Shown piece by piece: positions 13,001-25,925 of a stretch of DNA of 64,000 nucleotides. A program made the position numbers and the translations under genes. Within the stretch, counting starts at the first letter, position 1. Every line of letters starts with the position of its first letter. Source of the DNA: Catajapyx aquilonaris. Lineage: Eukaryota. The DNA is taken from NCBI GenBank assembly GCA_000934665.2, contig KZ538151.1:1-64000 (forward strand), written 5' to 3'. The notes below the pieces were generated by a model. It had not been told where the DNA came from. It saw only the letters and a program-made list of their open reading frames with translations, and did not search any database.

Positions 13001-16000
13001 TTGGACCACTCGGATGGATTTAAAGTAAATTTTTTTCGGCTCTATCTCCCATGATTGGAAAACTGGATAGTGCTGCATCCCTGCTTTATTTGAAAGTCTA
13101 GTCCTGTGGAGAGAGGGGGCGATGCATCATCGATTAGCATACACGGCTGGGGCGAGAGTTACCGGTAATATTCATAGGCCGATCCCACATTTATGAGTCC
13201 AATTTGCGTACACTAAGCGCACTTAGCAACGCGGGGCCTGCAGGCTCTGCAAGTTTTCATTGTCCAGTGTCCTGGTGTCTGCTCCCCCCAAAAAAGAGAG
13301 TGTATAGGACATGGGTTTCGTTTGATCATCCACGCATGTAAAAGCGTCTTGGAGCGAATCCCTGGTCCAGTTAGGATTTTCGAAGGGAGTAAGGGCTTGG
13401 CTATAGCTTTTTTTTGGGGTGGCGTTGGCTAACAAGGTCCGGCCAGACGGGCCAACCGCTGTGGGACTACTGAATTCACTGGCTTTCCAGGCTTGTGTGT
13501 GACTGAGGGCTTTTTCCACCACCCACTCATTCCACACCCCAACTTTATATATATAAAAAAAGGTTCGCTACGTTAGCCCTTTTAATTACGTGTGAACTGC
13601 TGGACCCTTAATTAGTTCGATTCTGGACATCTGAAACCGGTCATTTGTTGCATCGGACTCAAGTACACCCCAGTTGGTAGACACTGCTGTTACACTGAGG
13701 ATGTTACGCTACATTATATGAACAAAGCGTGAGGCTGCCTTGAATTCCCAGATGAACAATGGCGACATGTTGCGCATTCTCCAGCCAAACTTGCAACTAG
13801 GATTACTTTGTGTAATTATCATGGCAGGCATTGTATTCCTCCCATGTCAGCTATTTTATAGAGATGGGGGGGGGGGCGCTATGTTATTTTTTTAAATATA
13901 TTTCAAGTCGTGTAAGGTCTCCCACCCCAAGGCGCTGTAAAAGCGAAATCCCACGTGCCCCATACGTTATGTATGTGACAGGACATGGCCGCAACTCTCG
14001 GGATTGGTCCTGAGAGAGGAATGTTATTCGGGATTTTGTTGGAAAGGGAAAGGGGGGGAAGGGTGCGAAAAAAAGGTCAAGTCAGGATGTTTCTCGCATG
14101 GCCGGATTTTCTTTTCAAAGAGGGCACCCATGTGGCCCAAATTTTTCGAGTCCGAAACAAAAGAAGAAATCCTTCTTTTTTGGGTTTGTGCAGAGATCGA
14201 AGTTGGGAATCGAGTTTCCCTTCCGTCAATAAACCAGGGGAGTCATTTCATTAGTGCATAGCTCCAGGTATTTGCAGCGTCCCCTTAATCATTGTTTACT
14301 TTGCAACCCATCCATTTTAATGCGAGCAACGGGGTATAGGGGTGGAAGGGTGAGAGGGGAGGTTCAGGATGAATGTTTGAAGGCAGGTCTGACACGCAAC
14401 TATGCCTTGAAAGTCGTGATATTATTGAGTGTGGCTACAAATATTTTTATTCATATTATTATAGCTATTAAAGACCAACTAAATGTTTGAGATAAAGGTC
14501 CTTTCTACAACAGAGACTATGTTATTCCGAAGCTCTCTTCAAGTGTAAGTTTATTTGTCTTAAAAACGCTCAAACTGGCTGCCATTTTATTTCCCACCGA
14601 AGCTTACATTTTTGAGCTAAATCTTCACAAAAGGGAGCGCCAAATCGGATTATAGGCAGCAGCATCTCCCTTTGCATAAATTTTTTTGTGTCCCCCCCAC
14701 CACCACCCTTCCTCCTCTGTGGAGTTGGCTGCATAATCTTTCAGGGGCCGGTCATGCGGTCCCTTCCCCGTCTCTAATCGGCTTTGCTGCTTACCTGGCA
14801 ATCAGGATATTAAACTCAGTCATTTTTGCTGCTGGCAGCATCCCACTTTAATCTTCCCGGGAGAGGCTGCCGGTAGATATATGCGCAATTGTAAGCGAGA
14901 TCTCCCCGACGCAGCAGCAGCCAGCCGTAGTGTAGTTCGCAGTGTCAGATGTGAATCTCATTATATTGCCTCATACGGCCTATTGCAGAAGTTAGTAGTT
15001 GCGTAGTAATCTAATTAAATCCCAGGCCCTGGAGTTGCAGGCTTGCAGCCTCTCTCTCTGGCTCTCTCTGGCCTGGCTGGCAAGTGAGGAGAGAGGGTTG
15101 AAATCCCTGCGAGCACTAGTAGTTAAAACGGACGGAGGAGGAGCAACTAGAGGGAATCATAGCATTGCTGACATGTGGGTCCCGCAACTCCTTTCGGCAC
15201 AGATGTGCCCATCATTTATCGCCGGGGATTGTCCGGCGCTAGGATAAAGCTGGCGCCGCAAACTTCATGGGGGGGTCGTTCAACCCAGGGACCCCCCTGT
15301 CATAATTGGCAGATATGCCATAATTGGACAAGTGGCCGCAAACTGCAATTATTTATGTGCCAGACCACTCCTGCTCGGGCTGAGAGAGGAGAAGAAAAAC
15401 AAATTGCGATGGGCATAAATTGTTGTCTGTATAATAGATGCGCAATTTTTTGGCCAAATTTAGTGTAGTGTGTTGTACAGTCATAGAGTGCCGGATTTGC
15501 TTAGCGAGAGTGCTTGATGCTGATTGGATTAGAGGTTAGTCACTGTTGTCACTTGATTTGAGCTCAGGATCTCGCCGTCAGCTTTAAACCCTTGCATTTC
15601 CCCTGGGCCGTGCCAGTAAATTACGGGCTTGTATCACAATGCACTGAACATGTAGATGTGTACTGTACTAAGGGTTAGTGCACTCAAAACAAGGCGCGTC
15701 GGCCAGCGTAATTGCATTGTTCCTAGTTGGGTTCTGGGTTGGGCCCCGTGATTTGATAACAGACGCTTTGCTCTTCCACCCCCTTCCAAAAACCGTTTCC
15801 TCCAGTACATTTCTCCAGCTCGCTCTTGCTAAGAGTTCTTTTTCCAGTTTTCCATCTCGCAGCTTTGCAGAATAAGGCGCCGGAGGCCGTAATCTACTTT
15901 CCCTCCTAGGCCCAGCAGATGGTATTTGTCAGCAAGGATTATCGTCCTGGTGGCAGGTTATGGCGACGAAGGAAAAGCTAGGAAGGGGGGGGGGGAGAGA

Positions 16001-16395
16001 AAAGAGTCGGCCATGTTGGAAAGTTGAGAGAGCTTCCTTTTTTGGGGCCCGGGTATAGTTTCAGAAGTTGCGGTTTTTAGAGAGGTGGACAGAACTCGCG
16101 TGACCCTAGCTGTAAGGGCCGATTAATTGGATGCTCTAGGAAGACTTGATTTAGTGCAGGGAAGCTTCTCCTCCCCGTATATATAGTTGTTTTTAGGAGG
16201 GTAGGGCTGTAACGCTAACCGAGCACGTTCCCACAGCTTTAATGATGCAGTCACCAAGCTATCGGATATTCTCTGTAGCCGACCTTTAATGACTCCCGTT
16301 GTTATATAAATAGAGGGTAGGAACTCGATTACATTCTTCACGTGTCGGCCAGACAAGGCTCACTAGCTGCTGGGGAAAACTCGGGGAAGTTTCGA

Positions 16396-16475
16396 GACGG
16401 GAATTCAATAAGCGTCCCGTCAGGTGGCAGCATTGACGGAAGTTCATCGGGCGTCCTGTTAGGTGGCAGCATCGA
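16396..16475. repeat. Two-copy 39-bp tandem repeat, each copy containing AGGTGGCAGCA
   Basis: GACGGGAATTCAATAAGCGTCCCGTCAGGTGGCAGCATT followed by GACGGAAGTTCATCGGGCGTCCTGTTAGGTGGCAGCATC. Confidence 0.85.
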
Positions 16476-18187
16476 GCCCTCAACTGTGACGCAACTTCAC
16501 TCGCACCGATTGGAAAATATTTATTTAAAACTGAATATATCAAATTTGAATACCGACAAGGAATAACCAGATTCAGATATTCATTTTCTGCATGTTATTC
16601 TTGCTATAGTCTTACAAGTTAGATAATTCGCGTTTATGGAATCTAAGCAATTGTCCAGCCTCCTGGCGATTTTTTTCTTCTTCAAATCGCAATAGACGTG
16701 AACCGCAAGTCTTCGGGTCTTGTCACGCGACTTTTCACCATCTCTTACTCTTTCGTGGCAGCCTTCCTAATTACGCAGTAATTTGTTTAAATAATCGATA
16801 GCTCCACCTTGGAAAGCCCATTTAACCGTCCTACATATTCATGCCTTCAGTAAGGATACGGGATCTTTTATTTTTTTTTCTTTCCAAAAAACCTACCCCT
16901 CAGTAGTTGCTAGCAGCTCCTTTTTTGGCCCTCAGCTTCGGCATCCTTTCTCCCCCTAGCTGCTGCTGCACTGCCTTATCCCAACTAATAGTCCCTTGCA
17001 AAGAGCCTTTCTATTTGGCCCTGCTTGGTATTCATTGCCTGGCAGCCTGGGCCTTGCTTCTTTTCCAGGGTTGGGGNGGGGGGGGGGCGGTAGAGCTCTC
17101 CTCTCGGGAGGCATCCAGCAGAAAAGAATTACAAATGGCGATGAGGGGGTAAAGTCATTGAGCTTGTACTATACATCTCCCAGGCTGTGGAAAGGGGGGG
17201 AAAAGAGAAGAAGTTTGAAGCATATCCCTCTGCCTGTGCGGGGTCAGAGGTGACATGGCAGATTTTTGGGTGTGCTGTTGGGTATGTGTGTGTACGAGGG
17301 CTTTTTGCAGTAATGGCGCTTTGACATGGGTCCGGAGAGTAGATTCCTGTCAACCCCCGGTCGCCATTCGTCAGGCAGCTGTTAATGCAGAAGTTTTTAA
17401 TTTGCTCTAGTGCATGTTTGGCAGGGCTGCCTGAATCGATCTGCAGGCGTCGACCAAACTGCATTCGGATTTAACACTGTGGGTACCAGCCTGGCCTTTG
17501 TCACCCTATAGTCACCTGACCACAAAAAAAAGTGAGAGCTAATAAGTGAATCTTATTTTAATTAGAGATTCCTAAATTGGCGGATTCTGGTTGCGGGCTC
17601 GGATGACCAATGTCTGATGGCGTCGAAAAGACATGCAGGGTGTGGGGCTCGGACCCTAATTTTTGCAAATGAAGAGTAACTCAGTTTTCCGCCGGCTCGT
17701 TGTAGATTCATGAAAAAACATTGTGGCGCGTCCGAGCCTGAAATCCTATCACAGGAGGACCGCGCTTTTTCTTTTTTTTAGGAGGGTTGGAGGGGCTGAA
17801 CCTTTTCAGATTTCCTTATATTGAGGACCCCCCCAGTGGTCCCACATCATCGCGTTTCATAACCTGAAAGAATTAATTTTTTTTTACTCCTCTCATATAA
17901 TCAAGTTCTGGCGATTTTCTCGGGGTCCCGTTCCGTTCCGGCCCGATACGTCTCCAGGGCTGATTCAATTAGCCCCATTCATCGTGTCGATACGCGGAAT
18001 CATTAGCTCGATTCCTATTGATCCAGGGCGTTGATTTGACTGCCGTGCGTGTCACTCGCCAGAACAATTGCCTTTTATTCATTCCGCATCCTGTCGCCTG
18101 CGTGACAAAGGAATATTCGCACAAATTTATCCTGAAAATATGCAACCATCATCACCTTAGCCAGTATTATAGGCAGACCACGCTAAC

Positions 18188-18417
18188 TTGCCATTGACGT
18201 CATCGTTTTGTTTACCAACGCCGAGGCAACGGAAATCCATCTCTGAAACCTCCAGTTTGGAAATTCCCTCATGCAACAATGGAAGTTAACAGTGTGCTTT
18301 TTGTTGACACTGTTTACTCTTATTGTTGCGTGAGGGAATTTCCACGGAAACTTGGGTGCGTTCAGCAGATTTCCGTTGACTCGGAGGTAGTTAATAAAAC
18401 GATGGCGTCAATGGCAA
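18188..18417. repeat. 230-bp imperfect foldback palindrome (probable palindromic MITE)
   Basis: Nested inverted blocks: TTGCCATTGACGTCATCGTTTT / AAAACGATGGCGTCAATGGCAA; CCGAGGCAACGGAAATC / GATTTCCGTTGACTCGG; GGAAATTCCCTCATGCAACAAT / ATTGTTGCGTGAGGGAATTTCC; AACAGTGT / ACACTGTT around a short loop near 18300. Confidence 0.9.
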
Positions 18418-18826
18418 CACGTGTTAAAAAATAAGGTCAAATGAGGCCTTTGGACCTCACATGTGAGGGTGATAGTGGCATGCGACAGTCAGACGCCGTT
18501 TCTGATGAATTGGCACCAGTTTTTTTCCGTGGGTTTCAAAGCAAAAGCGGAGCGTAAACCAACCTTGACGCGGTTACAGAAACAAGGCCCAGGCGGCCTG
18601 GGTCATTAATGACCCGGCAGGCAAATTTAGCATGAAGGTGAGTTGTGTGTGGTCTTTTGATGTCATGGGCAGACTGCCACACCTTACGTTCGCCATATGT
18701 TTTCAAACTTTTTTTGGGGGGTACCATGGTTTTACCTCTTGAATATAAAAAGAGAAAGTGGCGTGCTAACAACCCTCCCAGTCATTTCCCTCATCATGTG
18801 CCAGGGGTGTGTGCGTATCCTAAGCA

Positions 18827-18846
18827 AGTCAGTCAGTCAGTCAGTC
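18827..18846. repeat. (AGTC)5 microsatellite
   Basis: Read directly from the sequence. Confidence 0.9.
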
Positions 18847-20670
18847 AAGGCGGCTTGGGTTGAGCTGAATCGAGCGGAACAGGAATGCCTGAAACGTCTT
18901 GTCGGTTGAGATGGGATCTGGCGAATGGCGGGGGTAATCCTCCTGTTGGTAAATAGTCGGAGGAAGGGGTGGGGGGGGGGGGGATGGAGGCGATTTATTA
19001 GGTGGTGCACGTAACTTTCTAAGCGCCGGGGTGAAGTGCCCGTTGGAATACCTTTTTTCAGGCTCCGGAACGCTGCTTTTGGAGGCATGTCTCGTACGGG
19101 AGTAATTCATAGTGTGGGTGGTTGGGTACTATAGAAGACTAGAAGGTTTGGAGAGGGGAACGACTCGGTGTGGTCATGACCGGATCGTGCTATACAAAAA
19201 AGCCGCAATTTATTCGAAACAATCAGCAAATTTGTATAATAATAATAATTGCAATTTCTTGCATCACATACGTCCTTACACGTAGCCAAAACCTGTGAAT
19301 GAGCTGGGGACTACAATAATCTGATTTAACTGTAATGAAGTACAGTACAAAACCCAACAAAACCATTTAATTAGCATGCGATTATTGCCCGAACGTAACC
19401 GGATTATGGTTCAGTTCGGTGTACTTGACCCTCGCTGCATCTGGCGTGTTTGAGGAGTTGTCATAAACAACAAGCGTGTACAGTGTGTACGAGTGATTCC
19501 TTCTTTTTTTTGTCCACCATCCGAAATAAATGAAATTTATCCTGACTATTCAGAGCTACCCATGCGCCTCTCCTGTTTAACTGGAAGCCTAATTGCCAGG
19601 ATAAATACTAACTGGGGCATGCGGATTTTTCAGGGTTATGCTTGACGGGTCTACAGTAAATTATTTTATACTGATGTGTAAAGTACCACCCTTACAACAC
19701 AGTCGCTTATACAAGTAATAACAACAACAACAACCGAGTTGCTCTGTTTGAACTGGTTTAGTTCACAATTTATTCCCTGTCTCCCTCCTCATGGTCTGGG
19801 CACTTGGTCGAATCATACACCTCAGATTTTGCTTGTGCAGCGAATTCTAGACAACCCCCCCTCTGATGAATAGCCCCTGGTTTAAAATCTGCAAAACCCA
19901 ACCTTCCCCCTTCGGAGTCATTATTGTGATTGAAAGGTGGAGGTGCCGACTGGTCCGACAGTGTTGTTTCTAGACTGCAGACAGGGAATGTTAATTTCTG
20001 CGAGAAGAGAAGGGGCCCATGGAATGCTCCCTGGAGGCTTCCCCTGGAGAAGGGGGTGGCGCCTTTTCTCCCCATAACAGATGTTTCCCTAAATCCGGGA
20101 AGAGGGGGGGATTTTCAGACCCCCCCTGCTTTTGTCAGCACACTTTTGGTCCCTCCCAAATCGGAAGGCCCGATCCGTTTACAGTATGTTCTCCCAAGGG
20201 AATCTGCTTAGATTACACACACAAAAAAAATGGTAAGCAATTGTGCCAGGCGTCGTCTCTGTTTTCTAATTCTTCCAAGAGGGAGTGGACAGCATGAGGG
20301 GACGTCAAATCCGGGACAAATTAAACAGGACAGATCTGTCCTGTGGCAAATGGAGCTTGTCCCAGTGGTCGTTAGGCGGCATTCGTGTCAGTTTATTTAC
20401 TCGGTGACACCTCGTATTAGCCTAAGCACTGTATATCAAATGACGGATTAAAACACAGAGCGCATTCCGTTCTGCTGAAATCCGCCCGGTTTTATGCTTC
20501 CTAACTGACGATCATTAATTTAAGCCTGGGACCAGCCGTTTTGTCCAACCCCTGCCGCCTTAATGTCACGGAATATGAATCCAGGAGTCGGGTAATCCCC
20601 CTCGGTTAGTGCCGACCAATCCAGGAACTCGAAAGAAATCACAGCCAGCTCTGATTCGCTCGCACCTGGA

Positions 20671-20701
20671 TGACGTCACTTCCGGGGACCGTTCTTATTG
20701 G
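20671..20701. promoter_or_regulatory. Overlapping CRE-ETS composite motif with an adjacent reverse CCAAT box
   Basis: TGACGTCACTTCCGG at 20671-20685 and ATTGG at 20697-20701. Motif match only; function untested. Confidence 0.35.
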
Positions 20702-23700
20702 TGGGAGGCATAATTTATCGATGCGCACTAAGACATTAGGTGGAATTTTCGTCCCACTGCTAGTTACTGCTAAGTTAGCAGTAACTAGCAATGAGACGAA
20801 AATTCCATTCATTGATTCATGGCAACAATTTGTGAACAGAAGATGTCACTTACTGTTAGTGACATTGTGGATGAGAGTGACGTGGCACTGGCAATCCCAT
20901 TTTCCCGACCGCCCCCTGATTGGTGCACAGACGAGTGACATCGCTGGTGCCCATCTAAAACTGCCCATTAACTCTGACTGGGAACCTCGTAAACGTACCT
21001 GCTCGATGAGAGGGGAGATAGGATGGCACATTCAATAGAGCCAAAGTTCCCTACCCTCCCTCATACGAACCATTGATTCCCCCTTCAAAAATAAAAGAAC
21101 CGGTTGCCAGCTGTACGCAACATACTCCGAGTAAACCATCTGTTGTGAATAATTAGGGGGGGCGAACAAAATTGTGAATATTTATTAACAGCGATAGCTG
21201 ACACTGATATAACGGATTAGTAGCGCCAGTGTATAGTAAAGTGTTGCATTAAAAACTGCCAGCACCTTTTTTCCCCTGCAAAACCTCCAGTGCTGGCTGT
21301 CGTGTAGAGAAACTTTGTTACCTCGAAGCTTTGCAATTACTCACTTCTCCCCAGGCGGGCATAAAATTTTTTTTCCCCCCTCCTGGCAACATTTTTAGCT
21401 AGAGGGGGGAGAGTTGGTGCGACGACGTGCATTTCCCTGTTTCTCGTCACCCCCTCCTTTTCCCCCACTCTCTACACACCATCCCCCCAAACCCTCTACT
21501 ACACCGTGGACCCCCTCATGGTGTAGCTGTAGGCTGTCATAAAACGGGCGTGGGAGAGTAGAGGGGTAATTCCAGCCCTGTTGGACGCGGAGCAGCCATT
21601 TTCGAGTATGGGAGGGGATGCTGCTCTGGGGTGGATGCTGAGGGGATGAGATGGGATGGATCAGATGGGGAGGGAGGATGGCAGCAGGGTAGGTCATCTG
21701 TGAGGCAGCTGGCCTCAAAGGATACTCCACTGTTGGCTGACCTGACTTTCAATCTCTGCAGGACAGCAGGGGCCTCTAACCGAAGCGTGTCATGTCAAAA
21801 GAGTTGCGGATGACTGCTCTCTAGTTAACTCTTGCAGGCGAGGTGAAGAATCACCTATTGGCACCTTGCTTGAATCATTTCCCTGTAGTGAACTACCTGA
21901 AATATTAGCAACTAATATTGTAGTATACCAGCTTAGTAGCAATCGATAAGAACTGATATTCAATTGAAACACTGTGTAATGAATATTTGAAGGAAACATT
22001 GCCCAATTTTGCGTACGCGTTTCGAGCTAAGATTACATGACATTGGATGGTCAGCTTTGCTCGTTGGATGATTGATCGTATGTCCTTAATAGTGGGCGTC
22101 CTCTTTTTTTCCCATAACCGAATCGGGGCGTACAACCCGGGCCATATATTTTTAAATATGCGTATACAACTTGCGTGATGCGAGATGGCTAATTCAAGGT
22201 TCCCCTCCCGCTGCGATATTTACGACATCGTGCGTTTAATGGGCCAACATATGGGGGTACTTACGCATGTTAACAGAAGTGACTAGTCATTTTCGCCGCG
22301 TTTGGTAGGAACGATGGTTTAGAACCAAAAAAAAAGTTCAACTTTTCCTTTTCCCCCTACTGTTGTAAAGCATCTAGGTGGAAAAAAAGAGAGTATGAAG
22401 TGTGGCCAGAGCCGACAGTGCTTATGTAGGCACAGAAACGGCAATATTTTTCCGGCACTGTCAAAATCGGAGCCGCAAAAAGCTCCGGGAACAATACTCC
22501 TCTGCTCAAAATTGAACAGGTTAAATATTATACCTAGGGCTAGTGGATCCTGCGAGCCAGTTTATTCCCCCGGCAGAGGTTTTTTTGAAAAAAAAGAAGC
22601 GAAATGGGATTTTTTTTTGGGGGGGGGGGGAGAGCTGCTGTTTTGCCTCACATTTCTTCATGAATACTGGGGCTGTATTGGATATGAATATGAATCGGGC
22701 TTGTGACTAATGCTATGGTTTTTCACCTATTCCGTATGCACTGTTCGGGGAAACTTCAAAAAGAAAGGCTGGGAAGAATTGAAACAGAAAAAAAAATTCT
22801 GGAATATATTGAATCCTATGTTGATTGGAGCTTTTCAACCGTGTAAAAATTCCATCGTTGAACTACGGCCGATTAAACTTATGGGAAACTCTGTGCAATA
22901 TTTTCAACTGAATTGTTCTGTTAAAATCATATAGCTCTAACCTACCTTTCATTTAGATGTGTCTACAAGTGCAGTAGTGGCAAGAAATACGGTATATCTA
23001 TGGGGACTGCAATATTTTGCTGTCATTGATTTAAATTTACATACGTACACCTGCAAGTTACATAACGTTAGCCATACATTTTCCACCCTTTGAAGTAACA
23101 ACTACTCAATATACTAGGACCTTCAGCTCTCTAGATCTTTGAAAATATGAACACAAAAATAGAACCAATAATTTCCCAAATTCTTACCCAATAAAGGGCA
23201 TCTTATTATACTGGCTATCAAATAACTGAGGTCTAATAGTTAGACCTCCCACCCCCCAAAACCTCCACCTCCCTTCAGGGCTTATTTGTAGATTAGTAAG
23301 CAGTGCCTTGTGAAAGTGGAGTTTCTATCCCCAGAATGCGATTAGGAGGAACGAGGCCACTTACACCGTGTAGTATGTCAAATTAATTTTCCGTCCCGTC
23401 GATCTAATAAGATAAAGTTGCAGTGCAATTTGAAAGGCAGCTTAAGGAGTGTGATTTGAGAGATGTGTAATGATGCCCCCGGGGAGGGTAATGAAGAAGA
23501 GTTTTTTTGCCAGGAGGAGGAGGATGGGCTTAATTAGCAGGAAAGTTGAGCCAACCTGAAAGTAGACCTAGGAGGAAGTGAAGGCAGAAAAAAAAATTTG
23601 TAAGAAAAGTATGAGATATCGAAAGTGTCTCGATTTCTGAAGGGCTTTTGCAGTTGGCTTGATGTGTACCTATGCCAAGGTAATCTTTCCCAGAATATTA

Positions 23701-25359
23701 AAAAAGACCGCGGGCGATTAGGGGGGGGGGGGNNNNNNNNNNNNGGCGATTAGGGGGGGGGGGGAACAAATTATCTTCCAGCAGGTAATTAAAAATGCAA
23801 GTTCGTGCCATCTTTCACAAGCTTTTTCGGGTCGGAAGGAAAAGTAAAGGTTTCGATATGGAAGAAGTCATTTCTAATCCTTCCACAGGCCTCCCCCCTC
23901 TACTTAATTGAAGAAACTTCTTTTTCCCTCCCATCTCCAGAGATATATAGGAAGTAAGATGGGAACAGGGAGGGAGAAACGAAGAAGGGGGAGAAAAAAA
24001 AAGTAGAAGATATTGCATGCGGAAAATTTCGAGTGTGTTTGCGGAGTTGGAGAAAATATTTGAATAATCTCGAGGGAAATTGCTTACCTTCATTTTGGGT
24101 TTATACGAGCGCATAACGAAGCAGGTTATTCTGCATAGTTTGCTTAGTTAGGCTTTGGGCTCACTAGTGTGTTACAGGTACACAGCAGCGAACAAATATT
24201 TATTACATTAGAAAGTGCACTGTATGAACATTATACTAATTAATTTCAATGGAGCTTTTCTCATTGAAATTCAAGAATTTTTTGATGAGTTCACGATGCC
24301 ATTGGAGGCGACATTGTATGCGACAATTTACAGGGTCAGGTTAGCATACACGTTTAAGCCAGTAACGGTCTGCCAGGTAATTACACAAGTGCCCGTAGCT
24401 AACCGAAGTTACGAAGTTACTTTTTCGGCAATTTGATCGGGGGGTGGTGGGGCCCTCATTCTCTTTGAAGTTCAAACAAGGCGGCGTGGGTACTCCGATG
24501 CACTGTACGTGCAATAAAAGTTTGAACTCGTTGACATTTCAAACGTGCGGCAAACCCTTGCTCGTTGCGGGGAGATAAAACACATAATGCAGCTTGTTAC
24601 ATTATTGCGCCATCTTCTGACTGTTCAGCATGTTGACCTCCCTGCAATCGCAAACAATGTACCGTCCCCTCCAACATCATGTCCCATTGAACTATAACTG
24701 CGACACTCCTCTAAATGTAATGTGTCGAACGTGACAAACGAGTGTTGAAGATGATTCTGCGCAGGCATGTCCGGGCACGTGACGAGAGTGGGTGGGAGGG
24801 GAGGGAGACACACATTGCAAAGAGCAGTGACAGTTGGGACACCCTGCCAAATGTGGGGTCCGAGAGTGGCAAGGCGAGCTCATTAGGCCGGTCCCTTTGT
24901 CCGAGGTGACGCGGTCATCCATCTTGGCCTGGTTGACTTTCTCCCGCGAGAGGGCTCTGTCAACACGAAGATGGAGTGCCCCCCATCACACCACACATAT
25001 ACACGCAGCCAGCCAGAAAGAGAAAGCTGGCAGGGTCCTTCTCTCTACATATAGACAGGGGAGGAACTACCAAAAAATCCAGGGGACCAACCAGCACCCG
25101 CAGGACGTTTTTTTTTCTCTCCTCTTCTTTCCCTACTGATTTATTGACAACCTCGCCAATCAACAGCTCTCCAACTCCAGTGGGATCAAAGGGGATCGGC
25201 ATTTAAATGCAAATCGAGTTTGCCATTGGTGCAACCAAAATGTTTGCACCGATCTCAAGAGTAGGGTGGAAGGGGTGGGCCTCATGGGCTGGAAGAGGGG
25301 GTGAACCATCGGTTTTGCATCCGACAACTTAGGGTGGGCCAAATGGCCAATTTTAACAA

Positions 25360-25925
25360 AACCACTGCTACTTATGTTTAAAATAGCAGTGATCAATAGC
25401 AGCTATTTTGAAAATTTTCAAATAGCACATAATTTGACAAAAATCACTGCTATTTGGAATCGGCGCAGTAGTTATTTCATATTCCCGAAAGTCCCCCCCC
25501 CCCCTCCGAATAAAATTCACACTGTTTTCGACAATATATCTAAATCTTATGTCGTTTTTCTTTACTAGATACGTTTCTGTAATGCATATGGACACCGTGT
25601 AATAATGTAAATACCATAATCATTGTTAAGTTATTAAAATGGGATGTTATAGATTAAGTTTATTAGGGTGTAGGGGTCATGTAATATGTATATTTTATGG
25701 GCAATCTCCCCCTAAAAAGGTGTCAACCTTACGTGGTATAATAAATAAATAAATAAATAAAATAAATAGCAGTGATTTCATAAATTAGCTGCTACGTCCA
25801 TTACAAATAGCAGCAATTCTGTAAAATAATTGCTATTGGCGGCTATTGGTCACTTCTATTTGACATAGAAGTTGCAGCTAATTTTATTTGACAATCACCG
25901 TGGTGGTTGCTATTTAAAAAATAAC
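25360..25925. repeat. Degenerate AATAGCAG/CTGCTATT-rich repeat, split into two halves (about 25360-25475 and 25764-25925)
   Basis: Many copies of AATAGCA(G) and TGCTAT(T) in both orientations on both sides of an unrelated insert. Confidence 0.6.
25510..25767 (+). mobile_element. Probable 5'-truncated non-LTR retroelement 3' end (L2/CR1-like) with (TAAA)n tail
   Basis: AT-rich segment ending in stem-loop AAGGT-GTCA-ACCTT (25717-25730), followed by a (TAAA)n tail at 25739-25767. It interrupts another repeat. The 5' boundary is approximate. Confidence 0.45.

Noticed and set aside
23713..23764. Direct repeat GGCGATTA(G)12 on both sides of a 12-N gap
   Set aside because: Typical unmerged contig overlap at a poly-G run; assembly artefact.
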